From NCBI GenBank assembly GCA_963761895.1, contig CAVXIL010000002.1, positions 112,082 to 176,081 on the forward strand: a stretch of 64,000 bases of DNA, in the 5' to 3' direction. Origin of the DNA: an uncultured Alphaproteobacteria bacterium. Its GTDB lineage: Bacteria; Pseudomonadota; Alphaproteobacteria; Rhizobiales; Xanthobacteraceae. The position numbers were made by a program, and so were the translations under genes. This document shows positions 18,346-27,623 of this stretch, piece by piece. The notes under the pieces were generated by a model. It was given only the letters and a program-made list of their open reading frames with translations. It was not told where the DNA came from and ran no database searches. Positions within the stretch are counted from its first letter, which is position 1; each line of letters begins with the position of its first letter.

Positions 18346-19404
18346 GTGCCCGAGCCGCGCCGATTGCCCGCGCGTTCCGCGTTTGGATCGCTGGTGATAA
18401 TCTTCGTTCTCGTCGCTGGCAGTGCCGCCGCCTTTGCTTACACAGCGGGATGGTTCTCGCCCCGACGCCTCACGCCCGACAAGATGGTGGCTGCGCTAGC
18501 TCCACCCACTGGCGCGGCACTTGGCCATCGCCGGAACCATGCCAAGGGCATCTGCTTTACCGGCGTGTTCGAATCAAATGGGAACGGATCGGCACTCTCG
18601 CACGCTCAAGTTTTCGCAGCCGGCCAGTATCCGGCGCTCGGGCGCTTCAATCTCGGCACCCCCGATCCAAACGCGCCGGATTCGACGGTCCGGGTGAGGG
18701 GCATGGGACTACGGATCTCGACCCCGGACGGACAGGAGTGGCGTGCCGCCATGATCAATCCGCCGGTGTTTCCAGCGTCGACGCCGGAAGCGTTTCACGA
18801 GCTGCTGCTCGCCGCGGGGAGCAAGGATCCGAACGCGATGAAGGCATTTGCCGGCGCGCATCCGGAGATCGCGCCGTTCGGCGCATGGGAAAAGAGCGGC
18901 CCCTGGACGGGCAGCTATGCAGAAGAGCAATTCAATGGCCTCAACGCTTTCATCTTCGTCGACAATTCCGGCGCCGAGCACGCGGTGCGATGGTCGCTCT
19001 TGCCGGCGGCGCAAGCTGTCCCGACAACACCGGACGATCTCGCCAAACGCGGCCCCGACTTCCTTGAGCAGGAAATCGTCGATCGGGTCCGCAACGGGCC
19101 GTTGCATTGGAGCATGGTGGTAACCGTCGCCAATCCGGGCGATCCCACCGCGGATCCAACCAAGGCCTGGCCGGAGGACCGTCGTACCGTCGATGTGGGC
19201 ACACTCACCGTACAGCAGATCGAAGCCGAGGCGGATGGCCCGTGCCGCGACATCAACTTCGATCCGACCGTCCTGCCGGCCGGCATACGGATATCGGATG
19301 ATCCGTTCCCGGCCGCCCGATCGGCCGTCTATGCGAAGTCGTATGATCTTCGCACCGCGGAGAGCAAGGACTATCCCCGAACTGCAACGAGCACCAGGCC
19401 ATGA
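18346..19404 (+). CDS. catalase-related (catalase-core-like, SrpA-type) haem protein with N-terminal membrane anchor
   Basis: HRRNHAKGICFTGVFESNG, RFNLGTPDPNAPD, and R...FDPTVLPAGI...DPFPAARSAVYAKSY resemble the catalase-like domain. RBS GGAGAAGGA then GTG 18346. Confidence 0.8.
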   Translation: MPEPRRLPARSAFGSLVIIFVLVAGSAAAFAYTAGWFSPRRLTPDKMVAALAPPTGAALGHRRNHAKGICFTGVFESNGNGSALSHAQVFAAGQYPALGRFNLGTPDPNAPDSTVRVRGMGLRISTPDGQEWRAAMINPPVFPASTPEAFHELLLAAGSKDPNAMKAFAGAHPEIAPFGAWEKSGPWTGSYAEEQFNGLNAFIFVDNSGAEHAVRWSLLPAAQAVPTTPDDLAKRGPDFLEQEIVDRVRNGPLHWSMVVTVANPGDPTADPTKAWPEDRRTVDVGTLTVQQIEAEADGPCRDINFDPTVLPAGIRISDDPFPAARSAVYAKSYDLRTAESKDYPRTATSTRP

Positions 19405-19964
19405 TCGGCATCGGCCAACGCTTCACCCCGCTCCAGCGCCTGCTGCACTGGCTCATGGCTTTCTGCATCCTGACAATGCTTTTCATCGGCGTTGGCATGG
19501 TGTCCACCGTTATGCCGAAGTACCTGACGCTGGTGTCGATTCACAAACCACTCGGCATCGCCATTCTGGTGCTCGCGCTGATCCGTCTGGCGGTGCGCCT
19601 GCGCTATGGCGCGCCGTTGCTGCCGGCCGACCTGCCCGAGCCGATGCGGCTCGCGGCGCACCTGTCGCACTACGCTCTATATATCCTCATGATCGCTATG
19701 CCGCTGCTTGGCTGGTCGATGCTGTCGGCCGCCGCCTACCCGATCGTGTTGTATGGGGGCGTGCGCCTTCCGGCCATCCTGCCGCAGAGCGACAGCCTGC
19801 ATACGCTGCTCTGGAACGCGCATTTCTATCTGGCTTTCCTGTTCTTTGCCCTGATCCTGATGCATTTCGCCGCGGCGCTCTTCCATGCCCTCGTCCGACG
19901 AGACGGCGTATTCGAGACTATGGCGCCGGTGCCGCCTCGTGACGAGCTCACGCCCGCGGAGTGA
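19401..19964 (+). CDS. cytochrome b561 family protein
   Basis: Four TM helices with conserved His (RLLHWLMA, HKPLG, AHLSHYALY, NAHFYL). The ATG overlaps the upstream stop (ATGA). Confidence 0.85.
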   Translation: MIGIGQRFTPLQRLLHWLMAFCILTMLFIGVGMVSTVMPKYLTLVSIHKPLGIAILVLALIRLAVRLRYGAPLLPADLPEPMRLAAHLSHYALYILMIAMPLLGWSMLSAAAYPIVLYGGVRLPAILPQSDSLHTLLWNAHFYLAFLFFALILMHFAAALFHALVRRDGVFETMAPVPPRDELTPAE

Positions 19965-20079
19965 CTTGCTGTTCAATCCCCCTGGCAAATTGGCAAGGAC
20001 TGCAGCCGAGGACAGCGAGAATGCCAATGCCGACCCGCAAAATTGGGCCCGGAATTAGCGGCCGAGAGCGCGGAATAGA

Positions 20080-20102
20080 GATCCCGCCCTTGGCACCATT
20101 CA
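20080..20102 (+). repeat. direct repeat copy 2 (displaced tRNA-Phe 3' end, att-like)
   Basis: GATCCCGCCCTTGGCACCATTCA. Its last 3 nt are the stop codon (complement) of the convergent thioesterase gene. Confidence 0.75.
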
Positions 20103-20498
20103 ACCCCCGCTCTTCTTCGCGAGCCGTTCGTTGAACGAACGCAGGTTGATCACCATTCTCTGGTGCGTTCCGTTGCCGATCTCCTCGATCTCGTCGCTCG
20201 CCGCGACCTTGAACTCGATTCGCTTGCCGTCGACCTTGGTCACCTCAGCCTCGGCGCGAACGGTCTGGCCGACCGGCGTCGCGGCGAGGTGCCGAATATT
20301 GATTTCGGTGCCGACCGCGCTCTCGCCCACGTCCAGAAATGGCCTGATAGCATTGAGGGCGGCGTTTTCCATCGCCATGATCATGACGGGGGTGGCCAGC
20401 ACCTGCGGCAGCATCGCGTCCTTGAATTGATTGGCGAGGTGCTCGGGCAGCACGCGTAGCGTGAACGTGCCCTTCGTTCCCAGCGGTATCTGGCGCAT
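20100..20498 (-). CDS. hotdog-fold thioesterase, FlK (fluoroacetyl-CoA thioesterase)-like
   Basis: From internal ATG 20498. ATPVMIMAMENAAL...HLAATPVGQTVRAEAEVTKVDGKRIEFKVAASDEIEEIGNGTHQRMVI parallels FlK-family sequences as I remember them. Confidence 0.75.
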   Translation of the reverse strand: MRQIPLGTKGTFTLRVLPEHLANQFKDAMLPQVLATPVMIMAMENAALNAIRPFLDVGESAVGTEINIRHLAATPVGQTVRAEAEVTKVDGKRIEFKVAASDEIEEIGNGTHQRMVINLRSFNERLAKKSGG

Positions 20499-20863
20499 CG
20501 GCTCTCTCCCGTCTCGCCGGTCAACATTCCCGGCGCGGCCTGGTTGGGTCGAAAACCCGAACTGCCACAGCGATAGACTGGATTTCGAGGCCGTTCCATT
20601 AAATAGCCGTTCACAGTTCACCGGCCCCGCCGCCGTCGGCCTGGCCGTTGTCGTCACGCCACCTGAGCGACGCCCGGCTTCGGCGGCTCGGCGCGTTTGA
20701 CGCGATTCGGTCCATCGGTGCGCGCGTCCGTGCATGCCACGTGAACAATCGGGGCTTAGATCGCTACAATTTGTAGCAACATCCGTGCTGTTGAGATATC
20801 AACGTGCTCAGCCGCGCCGTGCCACCGACACCGGCCGTACGCCCGAGCCGTCGAGGTGATCGC

Positions 20864-21010
20864 ATGAAACCCGCAGCGCGTCCGCGCGACTGGCGCCGCA
20901 TCCACCATTCGCCGCTGTTCTGGGTCGGAGCAGTGCTGTGTTTGGCGGCGATCGCCATCTATCTCTGGTCAGACGACCTTTCGTGGCGGCCGGCGCCGCC
21001 CGCACGATAA
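20864..21010 (+). CDS. possible small membrane protein
   Basis: 48-aa ORF with one hydrophobic helix (LFWVGAVLCLAAIAIYLW). No other support. Confidence 0.3.
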   Translation: MKPAARPRDWRRIHHSPLFWVGAVLCLAAIAIYLWSDDLSWRPAPPAR

Positions 21011-21049
21011 GGCGCCCCGCTGGCAGGTACTGCCGAACGTACTCGCCCT

Positions 21050-21334
21050 TCAGCGTGGGGCGCGAAAATCGATCGCGCGCAGGATCACGCCGGGAGGATT
21101 GCCCTCCAGTTCGACGTCGCTGAACTTCCGCGCCGCGCGTTCCTCGATGCGGTCGCGCAGGCGCAGGAATTGCTGCTCGCGCTGGGCCGGCGGCGTGCGC
21201 GACGAGCCCTCAAGCTGATCCATCGCGTCGGTCGAGATGGCGCAGGCGACGCTGGTCTCGTCGTTCTTCATCGTAAACAGCACGACCATCCGGTTGAAGT
21301 CGTACTCCTGAAATTCACCATGGGTGAGCGCCAT
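21050..21334 (-). CDS. DUF1488 family protein
   Basis: 94 aa. F..M.N...VACAISTDAMDQL plus a C-terminal helical part fit my recollection of DUF1488. Confidence 0.65.
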   Translation of the reverse strand: MALTHGEFQEYDFNRMVVLFTMKNDETSVACAISTDAMDQLEGSSRTPPAQREQQFLRLRDRIEERAARKFSDVELEGNPPGVILRAIDFRAPR

Positions 21335-21375
21335 ATCGGAGACTCCTCAATTGAGCGGGTTGTGTGCCCCGGCTT

Positions 21376-21555
21376 TCAGAGTTTCTTCTTGGCCGGCGGC
21401 GGATTGAGTTCGGCGATTTTCGACAGGCAATCTTCCTGCGTGGCGTGGGGGCCGGTGACGAACGTGCCGCTCACCTTGGTGCTGTACCAGCCCGACACGA
21501 CGCCAAGACGCAGCGATTCTTCGGTTTTGACGTGGCGCGCGGAAAGAATTTGCAT
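21376..21555 (-). CDS. small hypothetical protein
   Basis: 59-aa ORF from ATG 21555, co-oriented with its neighbours. No family recognised. Confidence 0.4.
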   Translation of the reverse strand: MQILSARHVKTEESLRLGVVSGWYSTKVSGTFVTGPHATQEDCLSKIAELNPPPAKKKL

Positions 21556-21631
21556 GTGACTTCCTTGACGGTGAGGCGGTGGCGTTATTGCCGAACGCAG
21601 GGCGTAGTTTCGATTGCTGTGTGAAGCCTGT

Positions 21632-21961
21632 TCATTGAGATGCGACCGCGTCGGCCTGCTGCGCATCGGCGAGATCGACCGAACTGATGGAAATCATCTC
21701 GGTCGAGGAATGCTGCGGCGGGGCGGCCGGAACCATGATCATGGTGGCGACGCGGCGAAAGCAGGGAAACGACAGGCCTTCGATCATCTCTTCGTCGGTC
21801 ACGACTTCGTAAGGGCCGGCCGGCAGCTGGCGTTCGATGCCCTTGATCCGGAACGGATGCCTGAACGTCACCGTTTCGCGTCGCGACCTCGTCAAGCTCT
21901 CCACCTTCGGCTTGGCGCGCATCTCGCGCGATCCAATGAGAATTGGATCGCTTTCGCGCAT
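21632..21961 (-). CDS. hypothetical protein
   Basis: 109-aa ORF from ATG 21961 (MRESDPILIG...). Coding-like composition, no family recognised. Confidence 0.45.
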   Translation of the reverse strand: MRESDPILIGSREMRAKPKVESLTRSRRETVTFRHPFRIKGIERQLPAGPYEVVTDEEMIEGLSFPCFRRVATMIMVPAAPPQHSSTEMISISSVDLADAQQADAVASQ

Positions 21962-22079
21962 CTTCGTCAGCTTTTGTTGCAATCGTCTGTTCGCGGCTTC
22001 GGAGCACAGCCCGGCATCCGGCGCAGGCGAACACCGGATCAGGGTGCGCCTTTTAGGCGCCAATAGCCATGATTTTCTT

Positions 22080-23093
22080 TCAGGCCGAGGTGCGCGCCCG
22101 CCGCCCTTCGATTGGATACGCCGGATCATTATAGCCCGGCGTCGAGGGATGGCCTGATGCGACCAGCCGGTCGATCAGGGCTTCGTCCTGGGCCGTAAAG
22201 CGGTAGTCGAGCGCCTTGAGATAATCGTCCCAATGTTGCTCGGTGCGCGGGCCGGCGATCACGGCAGAGACGAAGGAAGAGTTCAGCACCCAGGATACCG
22301 CGAATTGCCCGGCGGTGATGCCCCTGGCCTCGGCGTATTGTCTTATCTCCTGCGCCAGTTGCAGCGATTCCGGCCGCCATTCGGTCTGCATCATGCGGGT
22401 ATCGTTGCGGCCCGCACGCGTATCCTTGTCGGGCGCGGCGTCGGGCCGGTACTTGCCGGTCAGCACCCCGCGCGCCAGCGGGCTGTAGGGCACGATGCCG
22501 AGCCCGTAATAGCCGCAGGCCGGAAAATGCTCGACCTCGGGCATCCGGTTCATCGCGTTGTAGTAGGGCTGGCTGACGACCGGGCGATCGATGCCGAGGT
22601 TGTCGCAGATGTTGCAGATTTCGGCGACCCGCCAGGCCCGGTAATTCGAGACGCCGAAATAGCGCACCTTGCCCTGCTGGATCAGGGCGCCTATCGCGCG
22701 CACGGTTTCCTCCAGCGGCGTCGAATGGTCTTCCTTGTGCAGGTAATAGATGTCGATGTAGTCGGTGCCGAGCCGCTTCAGGCTGTCCTCGGCCGCCTGC
22801 AGCACCCAGCGCCGCGACAGCCCGGTATGGTTGGGATCGTCGCCCATGGGATTGGCGAGTTTGGTCGCGAGCACCCAGTTCGGCCGGTTGTTGGAAATGG
22901 CGCGGCCGACCACCTGTTCGGAATTGCCGTTCGAATAGGCATCCGCGGTGTCGATGAAGTTGACGCCGGCCTCGCGCGCCTTGGCCACGATCCGCGTCGA
23001 GGCCGCCTCGTCGGTCGGGCCGCCGAACATCATGGTGCCCAGGCAGATCGGCGAGATTTTCAGGCCGCTGCGGCCAAGTTGACGATATTGCAT
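22080..23093 (-). CDS. aldo/keto reductase
   Basis: MQYRQLGRSGLKISPICLGTMMFG, IDTADAYSNGNSE, YIDIYYLHKED, GVSNY; 337 aa from ATG 23093. The upstream extension in the track translates a REP. Confidence 0.9.
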   Translation of the reverse strand: MQYRQLGRSGLKISPICLGTMMFGGPTDEAASTRIVAKAREAGVNFIDTADAYSNGNSEQVVGRAISNNRPNWVLATKLANPMGDDPNHTGLSRRWVLQAAEDSLKRLGTDYIDIYYLHKEDHSTPLEETVRAIGALIQQGKVRYFGVSNYRAWRVAEICNICDNLGIDRPVVSQPYYNAMNRMPEVEHFPACGYYGLGIVPYSPLARGVLTGKYRPDAAPDKDTRAGRNDTRMMQTEWRPESLQLAQEIRQYAEARGITAGQFAVSWVLNSSFVSAVIAGPRTEQHWDDYLKALDYRFTAQDEALIDRLVASGHPSTPGYNDPAYPIEGRRARTSA

Positions 23094-23117
23094 CGATTGG
23101 GTGTCCTTTTTTAAGCC

Positions 23118-23221
23118 GTCATTCCGGGGCGATGCGAAAGCATCGAACCCGGAATCTCGAGATTCCCCGATGTGCAATTGCACATCTTAGGTCTGGTGCT
23201 TACGCACCATCCCGGAATGAC
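23118..23221. repeat. REP/MITE-like element, family A
   Basis: GTCATTCCGGGGCGATGCGAAAGCATCGAACCCGGAATCTCGAGATTCCCCGATGTGCAATTGCACATC...CCCGGAATGAC. Confidence 0.85.
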
Positions 23222-23267
23222 GGAGACTGGGTTGCTTCCTAGCCTCGCCCCTCGCAACGCCTGGAAG

Positions 23268-23738
23268 CTACGTTTCATTTTTCAATACCTTAAACACGCC
23301 GCTGGCCGTGGCGATACAGCGATCGCTCGCGGTTACCTCGGTGGTCACGAAGATGAGACTGCGGGTGGCGCGCACCACGCGCGGTTTCGACAGCAAAACC
23401 TCGCCGATCTTGCCGCTATCGACAAAATGGGTGTCGAGCTGGACCGTCGCCAGCGTCGGCCGGCCCGATACGAACCGCGCCGTCATCCCGCACGTGCGGT
23501 CCGCGAACGTCATCAACAGCCCGCCCTGCACCAGGCCGCGGCGGTTGTGGTGCTTGTCCTGCGCGATCAGCGCATATTCATGCGCGCCGTCCACCACCCG
23601 CTGCCACAGCGGCCCGACCAGACTGATGAATCCCGTGGTGTCGACGATGGTCCAGCCGGAGGCCTTGAGTTTCTCCGCGGCCTTGTCGGGCATATCAGGG
23701 TCTCTCCGGTCTTGCGGGCTGTTCAGGTTGTCGGTCAT
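23268..23738 (-). CDS. PaaI-family hotdog thioesterase
   Basis: HNRRGLVQGGLLMTFADRTCGM and LIFVTTEV...ASGVFKV fit PaaI/4HBT. The start is uncertain (23738 or 23693). Confidence 0.7.
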   Translation of the reverse strand: MTDNLNSPQDRRDPDMPDKAAEKLKASGWTIVDTTGFISLVGPLWQRVVDGAHEYALIAQDKHHNRRGLVQGGLLMTFADRTCGMTARFVSGRPTLATVQLDTHFVDSGKIGEVLLSKPRVVRATRSLIFVTTEVTASDRCIATASGVFKVLKNET

Positions 23739-23772
23739 TTCATCAAACGCCGGCGTGTTGTAGTCAAGCGGG

Positions 23773-24405
23773 ATGACCCATCCATTCGACGATACCACGA
23801 GGCGGAATATCGCCGCGCGCTGCGCGGCGTTTGCGCGGCGGCCGGCGAGCGAACCGGCGGCGTTGCTGAAACGGGCCGCGGTCGCGATCACGCTGGTTGA
23901 GGCCGGCGACGGGACCAACGGAACGGCGCTGCTATTGACGCTGCGCGCGGCGGGCCTGCGCGCCCACAGGGGTCAGTGGGCGCTGCCGGGCGGACGCTGC
24001 GATGAGGGCGAGACGCCGGTTGCGGCGGCGTTGCGCGAGCTTCACGAAGAACTCGGCGTTGAACTTGGGCCCGGCGATGTCCTGGGCCTGCTCGACGAGT
24101 ATCCGACGCGGTCCGGTTATCTCATCACGCCGGTCGTGCTATGGGCGTCCAAAAGCGCCGGAATCTCGCCCAATCCCGATGAGGTCGCCTCGGTGCATCG
24201 CATCGCGCTCGACGATATCGAACGGCCGGATGCCTTCGACTTCGTCGCCATTCCCGAGAGCACGCGGCGTGTGATCCGGTTTCGTCATGCCGGCCACTTC
24301 ATCCACGCCCCGACCGCGGCCTTGATCTACCAGTTCCGCGAAGTGCTGGCAGGCCGCGACACCCGCGTCGCCGAGCTGGAGCAGCCGGTGTTTGCGTGGA
24401 AGTAG
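23773..24405 (+). CDS. NUDIX hydrolase (CoA pyrophosphatase-like)
   Basis: Nudix box GGRCDEGETPVAAALRELHEELGV; 210 aa. Confidence 0.8.
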   Translation: MTHPFDDTTRRNIAARCAAFARRPASEPAALLKRAAVAITLVEAGDGTNGTALLLTLRAAGLRAHRGQWALPGGRCDEGETPVAAALRELHEELGVELGPGDVLGLLDEYPTRSGYLITPVVLWASKSAGISPNPDEVASVHRIALDDIERPDAFDFVAIPESTRRVIRFRHAGHFIHAPTAALIYQFREVLAGRDTRVAELEQPVFAWK

Positions 24406-24414
24406 TTTGATCCC

Positions 24415-24516
24415 GTCATTCCGGGGCGATGCGAAGCATCGAACCCGGAATTTCGAGATTCCCCGATGCGCAATTGCGCATCTGAGGTCTGGTGCTTGCG
24501 CACCATCCCGGAATGA
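24415..24516. repeat. REP/MITE-like element, family A
   Basis: Near-identical to the 23118 copy; the two flank the divergent PaaI/NUDIX pair. Confidence 0.85.
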
Positions 24517-24627
24517 GAGAGAGGCCTCGTCACTTCGCTTCTAGCAATGACGAGAAGGTTGCGAACACCGGCTCTTTCGACGACGATGCGGCGCGATAAA
24601 AACAATAAACTCGGGAGTCTCACTGAA

Positions 24628-25608
24628 ATGCGCGTCTGGAAATTGGTGTTTTGCGTCGCCGCCCTCATGTCCGGCTTGTCGGGCGTATCCGTTGACGCGC
24701 AGGCGCAAAGCTTTCCGAACCGTCCCATTACGCTGGTGATTCCGTTCGCGCCGGGCGGCTCGACCTCGATCGTCGGCCGCGTGATCGCCGACAAGATGAG
24801 CCAGTTGCTCGGCGAAGGCATCGTCATCGACAACCGTCCCGGCGCCGGCGGCACCGTCGGCAGCAAGATGGTGGCGAAGAGCGAACCCGACGGCTATACG
24901 ATCTTGCTGGGCTACACCGGCACGCTGGCGATCGGACCGTCGCTCTACAAGAATGTCGGCTACGATCCGCGCAAGGATTTTGCGCCGATCGGCATGATCG
25001 GCAACGCGCCCAGCGCGGTGGTGGTGCATCCCTCGTTCCCCGCCAAGTCCATCGCCGAACTGATCGCATACGCAAAGGCCAATCCCGGCAAGATCAATTT
25101 CGGCTCCGCCGGCGTCGGTTCGGTCAACCATATCACCGGCGAATATTTCGCCCGTTCCGCCGGCATTACGCTGATGCATATTCCCTATAAGGGCACGGGT
25201 CCTGCGCTGACCGATCTGCTGGGCGGCCACATCCCGATGGCGCTGGCGCCGGTTCCGGCCGTCCACGCCAACGTCACGGCCGGGCTGTTGCGTGCCCTCG
25301 CGGTGACCGGCAAGACCCGCTCTGGCCTGCTCCCGGACGTGCCGACGATTGCGGAGGAGGGGCTGACCGGGTTCGAGGCGTCGCTGTATTACGGGCTGGT
25401 GGCGCCGGCCGGCACGCCGCGTCCGATCATCGACAGGCTCAACATGGAATTGCGCGCAGCACTGGCCTCCGACGAGGTGAAGAAGCAATTGGGGCTGGAC
25501 GGCACCGAGATCACGTCGGGCAGCCCGGAGGACTACGCCGATTTCATCGACAAGGACGAAAAGAAATGGTCGGACCTGGTCAAGGCCAGCGGCGTCGAGC
25601 AAGAGTGA
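24628..25608 (+). CDS. Bug-family (TctC-like) tripartite tricarboxylate transporter substrate-binding protein
   Basis: Signal peptide, then FPNRPITLVIPFAPGGSTSIVGR, DNRPGAGG and PYKGTGPALTDLLGGHI, which are Bug hallmarks. Confidence 0.9.
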   Translation: MRVWKLVFCVAALMSGLSGVSVDAQAQSFPNRPITLVIPFAPGGSTSIVGRVIADKMSQLLGEGIVIDNRPGAGGTVGSKMVAKSEPDGYTILLGYTGTLAIGPSLYKNVGYDPRKDFAPIGMIGNAPSAVVVHPSFPAKSIAELIAYAKANPGKINFGSAGVGSVNHITGEYFARSAGITLMHIPYKGTGPALTDLLGGHIPMALAPVPAVHANVTAGLLRALAVTGKTRSGLLPDVPTIAEEGLTGFEASLYYGLVAPAGTPRPIIDRLNMELRAALASDEVKKQLGLDGTEITSGSPEDYADFIDKDEKKWSDLVKASGVEQE

Positions 25609-25666
25609 GGGAACTGTTCCGCTTTCGGGGCTGACTTGCGCGGCTGGCGCTTGCTAGACACGAACG

Positions 25667-26863
25667 ATGGCCTCTCATCCGATTCGCTATCGTCCCGGAT
25701 ATCTCGCGCTCGCGCTGCTGCTGATCGCGCCGCAGGCGGCGGCGATGGACGCGCGCGTGCTGCCGGCAGCAACCGCCGACGCGATGGCGCAAATGGCCTC
25801 GCCGCAGGCGATCGCCGAATATCGCGTAAAACTCAGGGAATATCAGGAAGCCCGCGGCGCGTTCGAAGAGGAGGCGAGCGCCTATTGGAGTTCGATTGCC
25901 GACAAGCGGCGCGGCCGCAACGCCAAGCGGCGCGAACACCTGCCGATCGCGCTCGACGACTATGTGCTGACCCAGCCGCCGATCTATACCGGGCCGAAGC
26001 GGCCGGTTAATCCGCAGCCGGAGCCGTCTCCGCCTCGCGAGCGCAAGCCCATTCCGGTCGTCGCCGACCTGTTGAAAGCCGCCGCCGAGCAATTCCAGTT
26101 CGCTCCGCAGCGGCCCGCCAGCGAAATCGAGTTCAAGCGCGTCTATGCCCGTGTGGCGTCGGCGGCGGGGCTGACGCGCGAGCAGGCGGTTCGGGTTTAT
26201 TCGTTCGAAACCGGCGGCAATGGCAACCATGACATGCAGTCGGGACTGGAGTACGCGCGGCCCGGCGCGCGCGCGATCTCGACCGCGATCGGCTACAATC
26301 AGCTGCTCACCACCAACACCGTCGAACTGCTCGCCGAGCAGGGTCACGAATTCGTCCGCGTGCTTTCGGAAAAGGCCGCGCAAATGTCCGGCGCGGCGCG
26401 CCAGGCGATGGAGCACAAGATCGCGGTGCTGAAACGAATGGTGGCGCTGGCGCGCGCGGTGCCGGACGAATGGGGCCAGCACGAAAAGATCGGCGAAACG
26501 CCGGCAGGCTGGGCCATGCATGCCATGGTGCTGGACATCGACGTCGGTCCGCTGCTGCAGACCGACAAGCTGCTGACATCGGTGATCTTCGCCCGCGCCA
26601 AGGGCTATACCCGCCCACTCACCGCCGCCGAGCTGGAGATGATGAACCTGACCGGCGACGGCACCGGGCTCGACATGGTGACGATGCCGCAGGCGATGCG
26701 CGAGCAGGTCCCGACCTCGAATTTCTTCCAGCGCTCAGGCTACGAGCGCAACCCAGTGGCGATTCGCCACAACACGGTGGCGAAACTGCTGGCGATCACC
26801 GATGCGAGGATGGACAGCAACAGCAACCTGCCGGGCGCCAGGGATCTCGCGGCGGCGTTTTAG
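25667..26863 (+). CDS. exported hypothetical protein
   Basis: 398 aa with a signal-like N-terminus (LALALLLIAPQAAA) and a Pro-rich linker. No family recognised. Confidence 0.6.
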   Translation: MASHPIRYRPGYLALALLLIAPQAAAMDARVLPAATADAMAQMASPQAIAEYRVKLREYQEARGAFEEEASAYWSSIADKRRGRNAKRREHLPIALDDYVLTQPPIYTGPKRPVNPQPEPSPPRERKPIPVVADLLKAAAEQFQFAPQRPASEIEFKRVYARVASAAGLTREQAVRVYSFETGGNGNHDMQSGLEYARPGARAISTAIGYNQLLTTNTVELLAEQGHEFVRVLSEKAAQMSGAARQAMEHKIAVLKRMVALARAVPDEWGQHEKIGETPAGWAMHAMVLDIDVGPLLQTDKLLTSVIFARAKGYTRPLTAAELEMMNLTGDGTGLDMVTMPQAMREQVPTSNFFQRSGYERNPVAIRHNTVAKLLAITDARMDSNSNLPGARDLAAAF

Positions 26864-26881
26864 AGCTAGACTATCGTCGCG

Positions 26882-27090
26882 CCTTCTTTCCCTCTCCCAC
26901 AAAGGGAGAAGGAAAAGCACCGGCATCAGTCGCATCGCCCTCTCCCCTTGCGGGAGAGGGCATCGCCGGCGCCAGCCCTAAACTCGCTTCGGTGAGGGGT
27001 TGTATCAGCGGGCAGATCGCCCGCGGGCAGAACCCCTCATCCGGCAGCCTTCGGCTGCCACCTTCTCCCACAAGGGGAGAAGGGAAGAGG
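26882..27090. repeat. modular REP cluster, family B
   Basis: CCCTCTCCCACAAAGGGAGAAGG, CCCTCTCCCCTTGCGGGAGAGGG, GGTGAGGGG...AACCCCTCATCC and CCTTCTCCCACAAGGGGAGAAGG hairpins. Confidence 0.85.
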
Positions 27091-27103
27091 AAGAAGCCCC
27101 GCC

Positions 27104-27412
27104 TCAATTCGATCCGAACATGAAATTGCCGTCGCCCTCGAGATACGGACCGCTCCGCATATAGAGCTGGCCGTTCTGGCCGATGAAAAACAGCGTGCCC
27201 TTGGGCACTTTCTTGGCGCCCTTCAACAGCAGGCCGGCATTGTTGGTGCCCATCTTGTAGGAAAAGGTCTTGCCGTCCTTGCCGTAGCCATAACCCATGT
27301 CCGGCGACAGCACCCACGGCGTCGGCGCGGGAGTTTCCGCAAATGCGGAGGTCGCCAGCGCGCTCAGCGCGACGGCGATCCAAAGAGTCCTGGTCGAAAA
27401 TCTCGTCATCAT
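27104..27412 (-). CDS. small secreted hypothetical protein
   Basis: 102 aa with a clear signal peptide (LWIAVALSALATSAFA). No family recognised. Confidence 0.55.
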   Translation of the reverse strand: MMTRFSTRTLWIAVALSALATSAFAETPAPTPWVLSPDMGYGYGKDGKTFSYKMGTNNAGLLLKGAKKVPKGTLFFIGQNGQLYMRSGPYLEGDGNFMFGSN

Positions 27413-27623
27413 GCTTGCTCCTCAGCAACCCGCCGGAAAAATTGATCTCGCCTGACGCGCGATTGAACAAATCACGAACGCCGTTGTCCCGTCAATACGC
27501 TGGTTGCTTTGCCATCGCATGCACGCCAAGCGACTTTGTGATTTCCCGTCTCCGGCTTCGCGACTATCGTGCGATTTTAGTCTAGAAGCCTGTTTCGCAA
27601 AATACGTCATAGGGATGATTCGG

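Noticed and set aside
26882-27090. REP clusters as possible CRISPR arrays
   Set aside because: There is no constant repeat alternating with unique spacers of regular length. Each unit is itself a hairpin module and the copies are dispersed. No cas genes are present.
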